A stretch of 63,840 bases of DNA, filler included, from Octopus bimaculoides (GCF_001194135.2; 8 parts of 8 records of this genome joined end to end with filler, not necessarily neighbours in it), one strand, 5' to 3'; positions 12,144-27,109 are shown, counted from the whole stretch's first letter. Numbers and translations: made by a program. Notes: generated by a model from the sequence alone, not told the origin.

Positions 12144-14517
12144 CTATCCCTAGTAATATAAATGGCATATTGAGTGATATGAATTTTAAATAGTATGTAA
12201 TACAAAGTAATTCATGTTGAAAATACATAGACAATTATATCCAGTTCAACTCTTTGCCAATTGGTATAGAGTATATGTGTCTGTTGTTGGGCTGGAGAGA
12301 CTGAGAAGAGGCCGGAAAGAATAGTTATGTAGTTCTTATAATTTCCGCTTGTTTTGTAGGATCTAATTCCGCCGGATTTATATTTCACGGGCCTTTTATT
12401 TGCCTAAGAAGTATAAAAGAAATCAATTCAATTCAGTCGATTAACCGCATTCACTTCAATTCTTATTGCTTTTGCCAAGTAATAGATCAATATTTATGCA
12501 TTATTTAAAAGCAAGTAAAATTATCTTGATTATATTCTCTTCGCAATGAACTATCCTTTATTGTCTACATTCAAACTGTCTGTAAACTTTTTAAATAATT
12601 TCTCTCATTCCAAAGGAATATCATAATTGCTAGTTAAACCGTTTATGATATATTAAGAATATACGAAAACAGAAAACGAAATATAGTTTTATTTCTTTTC
12701 ATTATATTATATACGTTCTGCAACATAGATTTGCGTTGTAATTTATTGTCCATAAATATTATCCTGAGATGTAAGTGCCACGCTATGATTGCTAATAATA
12801 TAAAAAATAAACAAACGTATTCAGTGAACTGTTGCATGTAAATTCTTTAAAATATATATAAAAATGTGATGATAAATTGTCAATAATTCAGTAAACATAG
12901 AGGAACCTGTGGTTTGGAATTAGATTTTATAGAGCATAGAAGATATATTGTATGAAAATATATGTTTTTAAACCTTGGAAACCTATAATTCTATTCAAAG
13001 AGAGGTAATAATTACATTTGAAGTAATATCTTTAAAAAAAAACATGCATTTCAAAACAGTAATAATTCGACAATTTATGCTTATAGCTTTAAAAGCGCAG
13101 TTAACTATTTTTTTCTACATTTTGCAGGAAAAAAATAAAACATATATTCTCACAAATATATATTTAAACCATTTATAATATGATAATATTGTGCTTATGC
13201 ATTAAACGTAATGAAATATATTTTAGATTACCACCTATATTGAAGTTAAATATTGATTTCGGATTTTATCCTTTATGAAATAGTCAGTTTTATAGTCATA
13301 TCTTAAATGCGTCACCATTCAAAGTGAGTATGCTATTCATTCTGTTTTAACATATTTGATTGTAAAGAGTATCGCCAGGTCATTCGTATGAAAAAGTATC
13401 ATTTATACGGATATAATATGATACTAAAATGGAAAGAAGTATGGCTATTTTAAATGTTACTGATTTTTAAAGAAATAATATGATTTCTTTCATACCTGGA
13501 AAACTAAAATGCGCCTACGAGATCATTGACCACCATAGGAACATAAACATACAGAAATATACACAATACAACACCCGGACACGCACGTCAAAAATACACT
13601 TTCAGCTAATACCATCTTTATTACGTAAGCAATAGAGCTGCTCGTGGGAACGGGACTCATTCACGATCAAAATGGTAGTCATGATTGCTTCACCATACAT
13701 TGCTCTGTCATGTTCCTCCCTTTTGAACGATAACTAATTCCTCCTAAATAAGCAGAGAAGCATAGATATAGGGACTACCAAACAGAATGACTGAGAGGCA
13801 GAACATGACAGCCAAAGTAAAATTCACATGAAGCAAGGCAAACGCGTCTGATGTAGGTTAGCTAAATTCACATTCCTCTAAACCGGTCTAAATTGCATCC
13901 GACCCTGGGCGATGTATGCACCAAGTACGAAAACGAACACTAATTACAAGAAACATATGAAGCAGTGCAACATATATTTTGCTGCACGATGAAGTCACTC
14001 CGTATATCACATTTCTGCAAATTGTCTAAAATTAATTTATATAGGCAGAATTTGAGAAATTATATTATTCATTATTTGAAAAAAAAAGTAAGACGTGAAT
14101 GGGGATAAGCCATATCAAATTCCTTTCCATTTGGGATAACATGAAAATATGTACAGAGTTGATAAGAAGAAAACGAATACGTGTTGCATACTAATTACCA
14201 CTGACATCACAGATTTACATATTTTCATATTAATACATACTGTCTTGTCAGTTAATAAATGTATTTATCTAAGCTCTGCTATGTTGAACAAATTTGAGAT
14301 AAGCATAGAGCTATTAATGCAAATTTGGAATTAAGTTAAAACGTGAATAGAAAACACTTTGGCGTTTACTTAATTCCCTTAATATACGCGTCTTACGTTA
14401 TAACAGTATATGTCTGTGTGTGCATGAGTATATTTATATGTTCAAAACTAGATACACACACATGTATACATACTTTCATAAAGACATACATACGTCCACA
14501 TATACATTGTATATTTT

Positions 14518-14574
<57 letters not shown>

Positions 14575-14956
14575 NNNNNNNNNNNNNNNNNNNNNNNNNN
14601 NNNNNNNNNNNNNNNNNNNNNNNNNNNNNNNNNNNNNNNNNNNNNNNNNNNNNNNNNNNNNNNNNNNNNNNNNNNNNNNNNNNNNNNNNNNNNNNNNNNN
14701 NNNNNNNNNNNNNNNNNNNNNNNNNNNNNNNNNNNNNNNNNNNNNNNNNNNNNNNNNNNNNNNNNNNNNNNNNNNNNNNNNNNNNNNNNNNNNNNNNNNN
14801 NNNNNNNNNNNNNNNNNNNNNNNNNNNNNNNNNNNNNNNNNNNNNNNNNNNNNNNNNNNNNNNNNNNNNNNNNNNNNNNNNNNNNNNNNNNNNNNNNNNN
14901 NNNNNNNNNNNNNNNNNNNNNNNNNNNNNNNNNNNNNNNNNNNNNNNNNNNNNNNN

Positions 14957-14988
<32 letters not shown>

Positions 14989-16189
14989 CATATAAGAGGG
15001 TGTATGTATGCAGGTTTGCTTGTCTCTCCTAGTCTCTCTGTAGGCTGTAAAATCCCGACTCAGTTGGGATTTTAGTAGGTACACCGTGGTGCTTGTGGCA
15101 TACATTAATCTCTTTCAACCAGAGTAGGATGTAATCATAATCTGAATTTCACCACATCTGATATTACCAGAAATAGAAAGCGAGTGGCGAACATAAAGAT
15201 AAAGTGTGGTATATGTAATCTTATCTTTGTATTTACGTCTTCTAAATATCTTGAGATGTCAACTTTTTAGACTCAATTTGACGTATTGGGAACATTGCTA
15301 AAAGTCTTACTTCGAGAGCGGTGTTCAAGATAATCGACAGAGAATAAGATCTTCCACGATATCTTAGTAAATACCTTTCAGCCAAAATATTTAGAAACAC
15401 AAATTCATTTACGGACGCTTATATACACATACGGATGAAGAGAGCGAGAAAAAGAGAAGTAAACTAACTTGTAGCGTACCTCGTGAACACTTGTAATTAT
15501 TATTTTAATTTAATATGCATTGTGGCATACACACATTTGTGGAATATATACTCAGTAAGACTATATGCACCTACCCAACAGTTACGGACCTGACAATTTG
15601 GTTACAGAGCACACCACAAGCATAACACGATTCCCATTTTCAGAAAAAAACATATTGGTTAAACGTGAAACAGTGAGAATCCCTTTAAGGGACACATTGC
15701 AAATTAATCCAGGATTTAAAACTGCGAGCTAATGGTAATAAATCTAGGAATATACCAATACATAAGAAAACTTCCAACGTTTTCGCATACACACAATTAA
15801 AATATATAAGTATATTTACAGAGCTCGTAATTATAGAGACGTAGTTTGCACTTTTAGGTAATAGGAAAAATATCTCGGCGTGTATCCTTTGACATATCAT
15901 ACAGTAATACCTTTTTATATAATACGTTTAAGTTTGTCCCAGTTTTTTGTTTTTATTTTTCGTGCATTGTATATATTGAACCGATCATTTACGAAATTAC
16001 TCCTTTGTTTATGAACTATTTATAGCGATGTTTAGAAAAAACTTATATGCAATTGATTGCCTGTTCCACTTTGGAAACTCGCGATCTGCATGATGAATAT
16101 TTACGTTTGTCTATATTTAATAATGCAAAATAGTTTTTTCATAAACATGCTTCACATAGTCTTTGTTACTCTAAAAAGAGATTGTCATT

Positions 16190-16190
16190 G

Positions 16191-16265
<75 letters not shown>

Positions 16266-16298
16266 CTCCTCCTCCTACTACTATTATTATTATTATTG
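16190..16298. repeat. compound (ACT)n/(CCT)n/(TAT)n microsatellite
   Basis: Direct sequence. Confidence 0.95.
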
Positions 16299-16299
16299 C

Positions 16300-17300
16300 G
16301 TTCGCACCGCTTCTAACGTTGAAGACGTACTACGGTGTCATCTGCCTCCTCTTTTATGGATAGAAAATATAATTCCCGTCTTTAGTTTGTCCCGGAGTTT
16401 ACCATTAAACAGTAGCTGTAGCGGTTTTGCAAGGATTTGTTTGCATGATACGAGGAGGATTGCTGGGAATTCATCAGGTCCAGCAGCTGATTTTGCAGCA
16501 ATATCCTCTATTGCTGGCATTGCATCCTTTTCTTTGATGTTGATATAATCAATTGTTACTGCTTCCCGTTCAGCCTCTGTAGCGGTAAAAAAAAATGTAC
16601 AGGATTGCTAAATCGCAGGTGCTGTAGTGTTAGTGTGAAAATACTTTTGAATCGTTCAGGTCTATGTTTCACTTTTCCTCATTGGTTTTCCCATGAGGGC
16701 ACCATCTATTTGGAGAGTGATACAGCTCTGATATGCACATATCCAGCTCTGATATGTCAGTTTCCTTAACGTGCGTAAAGAAGGCTTTAGAGTCTGATTT
16801 TATATTTCTAATGAACCAGGTATCTCTGTCTGATCTTTCTTTCTCATAGGAGTACTTCATTTTTTTCTTAATCTCCAGCAGTGATGTTTCCATGCAGAGT
16901 TTTTCACTGGCATTGAGTTCTCTGTTAAGGCGGTTTGCAATCTTTGTACGCCGTCTCATTATAATTTTCCTCTCCCTGGGATTATTGTTTTTTATGTTCA
17001 GTGATCCTTCTCTCTGAGGAAAAAAACCCTGTAGCATGTGGCTTCCATTGCGGACATGAAGGTTTTCAATTTCATATCGACGTCAGGAGTAGAGAGACAT
17101 TGGGACCGGTCGCGTTTAATGATCTCTTTCTCAATTGATTTCCAGTCTGCATTGGGGAAGTTCAGATTGGATAGGTTTGGACCTTCTCGTAGGTTGCGTA
17201 TATGTTGGTTCCTTTCGTTCATAGGTGGTCAGCTCAATTCTTTTCTGATCCCATATTCGTGTCAGTGTCACAGTTGCGTTCCTGATATTCGCATCTTCAA
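16300..17300 (-). mobile_element. CR1/L2/I-group-like LINE ORF2 fragment (EN-RT linker and RT start)
   Basis: LNFPNADW, IKSDSKAFF, KSAAGPDEFPAILL..CKQILAKPLQLLF..KTGIIFSIHKRG. Confidence 0.8.
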
Positions 17301-17304
17301 CAAG

Positions 17305-17353
<49 letters not shown>

Positions 17354-19554
17354 NNNNNNNNNNNNNNNNNNNNNNNNNNNNNNNNNNNNNNNNNNNNNNN
17401 NNNNNNNNNNNNNNNNNNNNNNNNNNNNNNNNNNNNNNNNNNNNNNNNNNNNNNNNNNNNNNNNNNNNNNNNNNNNNNNNNNNNNNNNNNNNNNNNNNNN
17501 NNNNNNNNNNNNNNNNNNNNNNNNNNNNNNNNNNNNNNNNNNNNNNNNNNNNNNNNNNNNNNNNNNNNNNNNNNNNNNNNNNNNNNNNNNNNNNNNNNNN
17601 NNNNNNNNNNNNNNNNNNNNNNNNNNNNNNNNNNNNNNNNNNNNNNNNNNNNNNNNNNNNNNNNNNNNNNNNNNNNNNNNNNNNNNNNNNNNTATATATA
17701 TATATATATATTTAATTGTCTATTATACATTATTAATTGTCACTTAATTCGAGAAGGATTTAATGGATATGTATAAGTATACTGCAGTGATATATTTTAA
17801 TATTCACTACCTTTCTAACTTAAAATATTGATAGCATGTTTGCCTGAATTCAAGTCACAGAAAACGGAAGAATTTTTCTTAAAAAATTACGTCATTACTC
17901 TAAATAACATAAAGAGAATATGTTGCACATTTTGGCATGACCTCCTACTGCATGTGTCACTTTTGTATTGCCGTCATGCATTCATAAAGATATTTTAGAA
18001 TACCGTTAATTGTTAAGTGAATTTCCAAAATGAAATTCATTATAATATAAAAAAATATCATAGCTATGTATCTGAATTTCACTCGAATATTAAATGAGAA
18101 GGGAAGTACGCAATATCTTTTATTAAAAACAACATATTCACATATCGTGACGCGCTGTGTGTAAATCGTAATTCCTATGTATTATACATATTCGAGGAAT
18201 AAGATAAATCAGGACGATATTCAACAGTATTTCTATAATTACATTGATTTTCAGGCATTATTGCCGACGAGAGGTTTTAAGACTGTTAATTAAACGGAGA
18301 ACAACTACAGTGAGATTTCTATTTGTTGCTCGTATAGCAATTGAAACCTATTCACACTGTTTGCCAAATGTTTGGGAAATCGTGATTCCATAAACAGCAA
18401 CAGTAATTTTCATTTCCACTACTCTGTAGATAGATACGTTGCACGTTCGGGTGCATACTTAGCATTACATAATTTCTGTATATTCTATATTTTATGTTCT
18501 ACAATTAATATCATCGTTTTATTTTCTATCCCCCAAATCATACGCCAGCAAGCATTGTAATAAATACGCAGAAAAATGATTTCAAGATTCTAATTGCCTT
18601 CCAAGCAAAATGATAAATGGTTTATTCAGTGGTACTTTGAATTATATAACGTACACCTATTATGATTATTATAAAATGTTATAAATAATTGATATCTACG
18701 TCTTAATTGTAGAAAACATATATAACAATAGGAAAAATAATTATATATCCAAACACAGGAAATGAGAAAGTGGGAAATGTTATAAGAAATTTATATTTCT
18801 CCTTTGCATTCAAACATAATGCTGTTGATTTCTTGTTTACCTCTAAAGACGTGAAATTCCTGTACACACTACACAGATCGTATTTCAAACTAAATTTTTA
18901 ATGAATATTAATTTCCAACAATTGATGGAGGATTTTTCTTCGAGAAGATTGCATTTTGATAGTAGTATATTCAATATAATTGAATTGTTCGTGATTTTTC
19001 ACGTTTTATTTGGCGTCTACTCAATCAGTGAGGCGCAAAACATTGTTAGCGGCATTCCGATATAACAGCATCGAACAATGAAGCATTTTTTCTGTTGTCT
19101 TAATTGTAACAATGCATACGTACCGCATTAAATTAATATTACGCACTTAAAACAAAAAGGCAAACTAGACGTCGTAATAAATCTCATATTTGCAAAATAA
19201 AATTGACTGTTATTACTTATATCAAATTTACCGATTACTCTGCATGTCTAAGCGCTAAAAGTGGTAAAGAAAACAGATCATTAAGTATAATTTTACTTCT
19301 TTTCAAAAATTTTAATTTTAATTTTAATTTTACTAAAATTTATGAAAGTCATAGATATATACATGTAGTTACCTCTGATCATGTAGCGTCGTTCATTTCT
19401 GCTCTGAAAATGTGATACCTACCTATTCTATTACTTGCAATGTCAACCATATTTTTCATGTCATCGACATTATCATCATTTTCCTGACCAATAATATGAT
19501 TACCATCATCCTCATCCTCCATGTTTACGTTGGTGTTTATCTCACCTTAGTTAT

Positions 19555-19705
19555 GGCCATGCGTCCCACATCCACAGCCGTCGAGGTCGACTTTGCCTTT
19601 CATCCTATCGGGGTCGATAAATTAAGTACCAGTTACGTACTGGGGTCGACCTAATTAACTTGCCTCTTCCCAAAAAATTTCGGACAGTGTTCCTAGAGTA
19701 GAAAA
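19555..19705 (+). mobile_element. tRNA-derived SINE (family A) central/3' part
   Basis: GAGGTCGACTTTGCCTTTCATCCTATCGGGGTCGATAAATTAAGTACCAG core, repeated many times in the window. Confidence 0.85.
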
Positions 19706-19823
19706 GAATATTATAAAGATAATATAACACATACCAGAAATCACTTAAGGTACATTGGATAGGTAATGTATTTTCTTGTTTATCTCTTTGTGTAAGAACT
19801 ACCTCAGTTACAACACACGAATT

Positions 19824-19889
19824 CTTCTTCTTCTTCTTCTTCTTCTTCTTCTTCTTCTTCTTCTTCTTCTTCTTCTTCTTCTTCTTCTT

Positions 19890-19920
<31 letters not shown>

Positions 19921-19921
19921 T

Positions 19922-19956
<35 letters not shown>

Positions 19957-19960
19957 TTCA
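19824..19960. repeat. (TTC)n microsatellite, ~45 units
   Basis: Direct sequence; source of the poly-K/poly-L ORFs. Confidence 0.97.
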
Positions 19961-20580
19961 TTTTATTATTGAACCGGTGACTTGGCCGAATCGTGAGCAC
20001 GCCGGACAACATACTTAGTGGCATTTCGTCCGTCTTTATTTCCTGGGATTTAGCCTCACACAGCATGACAAGTCTGGCCCCTTTGAGTAACAGCTAGAAC
20101 TCATTTATGCCAGCTGAGTGGACTTCAGTAAGGTGAAGTAGAGTGCCTTGCTCAAGATCACAGCGCACCGTCTCGAATAGTACTCATGACCTAATGATTG
20201 TGGATTGGATAATTCTAACTACTGAGCTACTCTCTTAGCCGTAGAGAAAGTGAGTGAAGAGATAAAGAAAATGAAAGGAACATCTCTCTCATTTAATATG
20301 ACAGACTTAAATACGATCGATATTTTCTAGCTTATTTACGTTTATCAATGAAGAAGAGGGAAATACTGTTACTAATTAATAAGTTTTCATTCTGGGACAT
20401 CTAGAAAATTGTGTGTTAATTATCTCTATTTCCCTACCCCTGGTACTTATTTGCCTTATTTGATAGTTATTAATGTATTTTAGTTGGGAAGAAAGACCAT
20501 GCTGTTCTTTTCAGGCACGTTCGAAGTTTTCACTTTGCTACAAGCTACAGTCAAGAATCACTTACTAATANNNNNNNNNN

Positions 20581-20620
<40 letters not shown>

Positions 20621-20659
20621 CAATTTCTCGTGGTTTGTACTGCAACTAAAAATCAATCA

Positions 20660-21460
20660 GCGTCTGCTTTGAGTCCTGAGCTTCTCAGCTATTGTAGGTA
20701 TTTTGCTTTGTCTATTTAGTCAAACACAGTTTAACTCAGTATTTGCCATAAAGGAGCTTTTCTTGCATCGTTTTATCATCGTTTTATCCGTTGCTGTTTT
20801 AGCTTTAGCTTGGATTTCATTTGTTTTGCTTCTTTTGTTGTTTCTCCTTTGTCTTTATGGCTGTTAGGTTGTATGACATTTTCTGTATTCGTCAGCTTCC
20901 TTAATGAAAACAGTTTTTTTATATTTGTATTTTTGGGCTATTTTATTAGTTTTCTTTAGCTTCTGATGTTGATATTATTGTAGTCCTGTGGTGGTTATAT
21001 TGTAATAGTTTTGTAGCTGTATAATGCCTTTACCACCTTCTATTCGGTGTATATATAACATTTCTATGCCATATTTTTGGTGCTGCTCCTAAAACCTGTC
21101 ATCATTTTCTTGCTCTCCTGTCGATTTCAATTAGTTTATTTAGTGTCCAGTTAAGGATATAGTAGCTGTAACTTGTAACTGAGACAGCTAGTGTGTTGGT
21201 TCCTATTATCTTGTTTTTTTTTCTACTGAGCTCTGAATTCAGTATTAATATAACCCGTGTTTAGTATTATATTCTATTTGTGTCTGTTGTATCGTATCTG
21301 TTCATTGAGTCCCATGTATTTGAATTTCTGGCTTTGTTCTAGTTCTCTTATTTCATTTGCGCTATCTTCTGTGATGTCGCTACTCGTAACCAATCTTCCG
21401 CTTTTCATGGTACTGTGGCACATATTTCTAAGCCAAATTTCATGTTTATTTCTTTTGTAA
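20660..21460 (-). mobile_element. R4/Dong-like non-LTR retrotransposon RT C-terminal fragment
   Basis: Minus strand gives frameshifted INMKFGLE.CA, KYLG-like, LNT..L.....KIIGTN-like and EIDRRARK motifs, similar to the 33.6-34.2 kb region. Confidence 0.65.
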
Positions 21461-21519
21461 ACCCATGTACTCTCTGTAGTAATTCTGTTGTTGCTCTTAT
21501 TATTATTATTATTATCTCA

Positions 21520-21966
<447 letters not shown>

Positions 21967-22194
21967 ATTAATGCGTGTATCTGCATTTTAGATCGCATTT
22001 TAATTGTTGTAACCTGCAAAACCTATCGAATAATTGCTATTTTGATCTCCTACAGTCTCCTCACCTTTTGAACTCCGTGTCCGATTTCAACTTCCCTCGA
22101 GGGCGATTTTGTCTGTCATTCTTTCGTGATCGATTTAATCGAGTGACCATTTAATCGAAATTGCTGGCTTTGTGCCAAAACATGAAACCATTGC

Positions 22195-22263
<69 letters not shown>

Positions 22264-22282
22264 CATTATTATTATTATTATT

Positions 22283-22381
22283 ATTCAGTAGTTTTATTTT
22301 TATAACGTGCTTTCACTTCACGACCTAGCGCAGCTATGTGCGCCTTGGGTATGTGCTGTGGTTTGCTGTGGTGCTCTTATG
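22283..22381 (-). mobile_element. R4/Dong-like 3' UTR ending in (AAT)n
   Basis: Reverse complement nearly identical to 30110-30215. Confidence 0.8.
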
Positions 22382-22481
22382 NNNNNNNNNNNNNNNNNNN
22401 NNNNNNNNNNNNNNNNNNNNNNNNNTTAATTAATTAANNNNNNNNNNNNNNNNNNNNNNNNNNNNNNNNNNNNNNNNNNNN
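22382..22481. other. synthetic scaffold spacer
   Basis: TTAATTAATTAA at 22426-22437 flanked by 44 N each side. Confidence 0.95.
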
Positions 22482-22528
<47 letters not shown>

Positions 22529-22820
22529 CATATGTATATAAGCACACATAATACACATACACACACACACACACACACACGCATAAAGCTGCTACATCGT
22601 GTTATGGGATTGTCCTGTTGTCTTATCAGACAACTTAAAAGTTTTTATATGGGGTGAGTGTGTAGTAGAGTCTACCGCTTTATTAGGAAACTCAAGGCCT
22701 AAATTCTTATCTAATCTCCTCATATTTGCCAGCAACATAAACACACGGCGACTATAGCTCCTAATCTTCAAATTATCACATTTCGTGATAAAAATGAAAT
22801 GTTTAAGCTATTATTTTGAC

Positions 22821-22865
<45 letters not shown>

Positions 22866-23943
22866 CCTGAGGTTACTGGAAGTTACCCTGTTGAAATTAA
22901 CATGAAATACATGGATTTACGGCTGTTGCACACCATCTGCCACATGCGCGCACNNNNNNNNNNNNNNNNNNNNNNNNNNNNNNNNNNNNNNNNNNNNNNN
23001 NNNNNNNNNNNNNNNNNNNNNNNNNNNNNNNNNNNNNNNNNNNNNNNNNNNNNNNNNNNNNNNNNNNNNNNNNNNNNNNNNNNNNNNNNNNNNNNNNNNN
23101 NNNNNNNNNNNNNNNNNNNNNNNNNNNNNNNNNNNNNNNNNNNNNNNNNNNNNNNNNNNNNNNNNNNNNNNNNNNNNNNNNNNNNNNNNNNNNNNNNNNN
23201 NNNNNNNNNNNNNNNNNNNNNNNNNNNNNNNNNNNNNNNNNNNNNNNNNNNNNNNNNNNNNNNNNNNNNNNNNNNNNNNNNNNNNNNNNNNNNNNNNNNN
23301 NNNNNNNNNNNNNNNNNNNNNNNNNNNNNNNNNNNNNNNNNNNNNNNNNNNNNNNNNNNNNNNNNNNNNNNNNNNNNNNNNNNNNNNNNNNNNNNNNNNN
23401 NNNNNNNNNNNNNNNNNNNNNNNNNNNNNNNNNNNNNNNNNNNNNNNNNNNNNNNNNNNNNNNNNNNNNNNNNNNNNNNNNNNNNNNNNNNNNNNNNNNN
23501 NNNNNNNNNNNNNNNNNNNNNNNNNNNNNNNNNNNNNNNNNNNNNNNNNNNNNNNNNNNNNNNNNNNNNNNNNNNNNNNNNNNNNNNNNNNNNNNNNNNN
23601 NNNNNNNNNNNNNNNNNNNNNNNNNNNNNNNNNNNNNNNNNNNNNNNNNNNNNNNNNNNNNNNNNNNNNNNNNNNNNNNNNNNNNNNNNNNNNNNNNNNN
23701 NNNNNNNNNNNNNNNNNNNNNNNNNNNNNNNNNNNNNNNNNNNNNNNNNNNNNNNNNNNNNNNNNNNNNNNNNNNNNNNNNNNNNNNNNNNNNNNNNNNN
23801 NNNNNNNNNNNNNNNNNNNNNNNNNNNNNNNNNNNNNNNNNNNNNNNNNNNNNNNNNNNNNNNNNNNNNNNNNNNNNNNNNNNNNNNNNNNNNNNNNNNN
23901 NNNNNNNNNNNNNNNNNCGCGCACACACACACACACACGCACG

Positions 23944-23978
<35 letters not shown>

Positions 23979-24149
23979 CTACATTCAAACACCCGTAACT
24001 GTCTAATGTCTAAACAGAGACAACCGTTAGTATGAACACGTAAATTCAGTCTCTATTGAATTGCAGCAAGTTTCACATCTTTTCTCTTTAAAGAAAATAT
24101 CTTTCGAAATCGTTGATTTATCGTGCAAATAACAGTGAAACAAAAAAAC

Positions 24150-24620
24150 TTTTTCCATAGTATCAGAAATCGTACTGTTCCACTGTTTTCTATCCTTCGC
24201 TGCTAGAGTCCAACCGCAAGTTTAATACCTTAATGGTCTAATGTTCTCATAACCCCATCCTTATATCTTTGACGGAGACCTCGCTGATCTTTCGCACTAC
24301 TAGGAAACACTGTGCAAAGTATGTATCATTGGTACGTTAACTTGCTCGATCGAATCCAGAATTGAGAATGATGTTGAGGGTCCTCTTCATTCTACAATGC
24401 TGGAGTCTTTAGCTCATTGTCGAAATATCTCTTCGTTGTCTTTTCTGTTAATATTTCTATAGTCATTGCTCTGATGAACTTTCTCGTCTAGAGCCCTCTG
24501 TGAAAACCTGCTTCTCTAACCAGCCATATCATTTCTCTGTTCAACCTCCTGTTAATCATAAGTATTTTTATTTTAGTAGCTTCTTTCCTTGAACTGCTGC
24601 TCTCTGAGACTCACTGCCAT
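24150..24620 (+). mobile_element. degenerate CR1/Crack-like LINE 3' fragment, copy 1
   Basis: LLDRIQ..VEGPL..TMLESLAHCRNISSLSF..SHCSDELS, typical LINE post-RT C-terminus. Confidence 0.6.
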
Positions 24621-24649
24621 AATCTTATTTTCGAATTCAGAATAAAATT

Positions 24650-24900
24650 GTTAACATGGTGGATCCTCTTCTTTCTACTCAGTTGGAGTCTGGCTCATCA
24701 TTAAAATGTCTCTTCATTATGTCTTTTCTATTAGTATATCCATGGTCATTGCACTGATGAACTTTCTGGTCTAGTACCCTATGTCAAGACCTTTAAATAT
24801 GTCAGACACTACTCTTCCAAGACGCATTGCTTCTCTGTTGAGCTTCTCATTGGTCACATGTCCGTTTATTCTAATAGCTTCTTTCCTCATCTTGTTTTCC
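24650..24900 (+). mobile_element. degenerate CR1/Crack-like LINE 3' fragment, copy 2
   Basis: HGHCTDELSGLVP....HCFSVELL...VYSNSFFP. Confidence 0.6.
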
Positions 24901-25770
24901 TCTAGTCGATGATATTCAGTCATTTAAGCTTTCAGTCATTTAAGCCAACATCTTTTGAATTTGTAAACCACTTCTTTTCCTTTTTTTGTTGTATCCTACG
25001 CTGCAATCGTATAAAACCGTGCTTGCTCTCTTCTTTGAACACGTCAGAGTCAACTGAGGTTCCGTTGCACAATTACTTCTGTACTAGAGAGCTTAGCTTC
25101 CTACAGGATGAGTGTGTCCTTAACTTTATGTTTCCACATGATGTTTATGGTAAATATATATTAGCGACAGAGGCAGTATTAATACAGGGAGGTAATATTT
25201 ATCCCCACTTAAATGTGGATGTTCTGTTAGAAAAAACTATACTATGGTAGTAAAGATTATTTGCCAACATAACATGGCAGTCCTGGTTTAGGACAAAGTA
25301 CTGTTGCTGAATATCTCTCGTTGTGAGATTTACAAATAGTAATTTTCTAATTTATACCACGGTAGATACGATGAGAGAAACTCTCATATTGGCTTTTGGT
25401 GCAAAATGCATTCTTGATTATATCGAAAGCGGGGAGTTTCTCTCGTGGTATCTACTGCTGTATGGTTTGTTCTAACAGCACACTCACGTTTAAATGAGGA
25501 TAAGTATTACCTTTCGTTCATGGCCTGCCTCAAGTGTCCCTTCATGAACAATAAACATAATGCCGTTCTTTTTACTTTATATACATGTTACCAGAAAACC
25601 GTCCATATCGCTGATCCGCATAGTCGGGGGATTAATTCTACAGCTCACTATATGTTCCACGCTCGCTTTTAACTTTTCGAATTGTTATGGAGCAGCGCTT
25701 TGGGCAAGTGTTTTCTACTATAGCCTCAGGCTCACCAAAACCTAGTCAGAGTATTTGGACGGAATTGGAA

Positions 25771-25888
<118 letters not shown>

Positions 25889-26334
25889 CCTTGTCTTGAC
25901 ATGATGTAATGGCTATAATTTTAGTAAAAAATGTGGTCTAAATGTACCTAAGGTATAATTTGGTGGTGTTGAACCGGGCCAAGGATCAAGTCTAACCACT
26001 CGACGAATAAGCCACGGTGGCATTTGAACTCAGAATGCAAAGATCCAGAACAAACACCACAGGGTATCCGATATTCTCACAGTTTCATTTATCAACTGCT
26101 CTGGATTGGTTCTTTTCTTTACTGACCTTGAAAGAATAGAATCCAAGGGTGACCTCTACGGAATTTGAACCCAGATTAAATATTTCAAAAAGTTGAAAGA
26201 CAAAGTTGATCATGTTGGGATTTGATTTCAGACTGCCGAGGCTTAAACTAAATATCACGAAGCATTCTATCCGATGCCTGTTCATTAAAAGTGAAAATGT
26301 TTCGTTACACCGGTTATACAGCATTATTTTTAAA

Positions 26335-26560
26335 CACGTTAACGTGGTGAATGTACGGTAACGTTATTGCACTGGACAAATTGCTTAATGACATTTCTTC
26401 TGACTCTACGTTCTGAGTTCAAATTCCGCTGAGGTCGGCTTTGTCTTTCATCCTTTCGGGATCGATAAAATTAGTACCAATCAAGCACTGGGGTCGATGA
26501 AATCGACTAGCCTCATCCCCACAAAATTTCAGGCCTCGTACTCATGGTAGAAAAGATTAC
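26335..26560 (+). mobile_element. SINE family A
   Basis: TTCTGAGTTCAAATTCCGCTGAGGTCGGC B-box region followed by the CATCCTTTCGGGATCGATAAAA core. Confidence 0.85.
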
Positions 26561-26634
26561 AAGTGAACACGTTCTGCAATCTTGTAGAATCAAAAGCACA
26601 CATTAGAAAAAAATTAGTAGTTTTTCATATGATT

Positions 26635-26790
26635 TTATGTTCTGTGTTCAAATTCTGCCGGGGTCGACTTTGCCTTTTATCCTTTCGAGATCAATAAAAT
26701 AAATACCAGTTGAGTAAGGGGACTGATGTTACCGATGATTGACCGCTTTCCCCCAAATCTCTGGCTTTGTGCCTATTGTAGAAAAATTAT
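26635..26790 (+). mobile_element. SINE family A
   Basis: Same core motif. Confidence 0.8.
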
Positions 26791-27109
26791 TGGTGAACAA
26801 ACACGAGGTTTGAAATACCGTTTTATTTTCGCTTGTGCGGTTTGTGTATGCAGAGGAAAGGCGGGTCAAGTGATATTTTATAGTGCTTTTTCAAGTGGCT
26901 GTATGTGGGTGTCTGGTTGTACATGTTCTCCACAATAAACTTCGTGAATTATTCACCAGAAACAATAATACAGAAATCCCATTATTTCACAAACGCCTCT
27001 TTAAAAAAACAAGAAAAAGGTATTTCGTTGCATCACCACAAAGTCCTTCAAAACATAACAACCCATTGAGAATAACAGTGACTGAAAGACTGTTCTATTT
27101 TATTGATAT

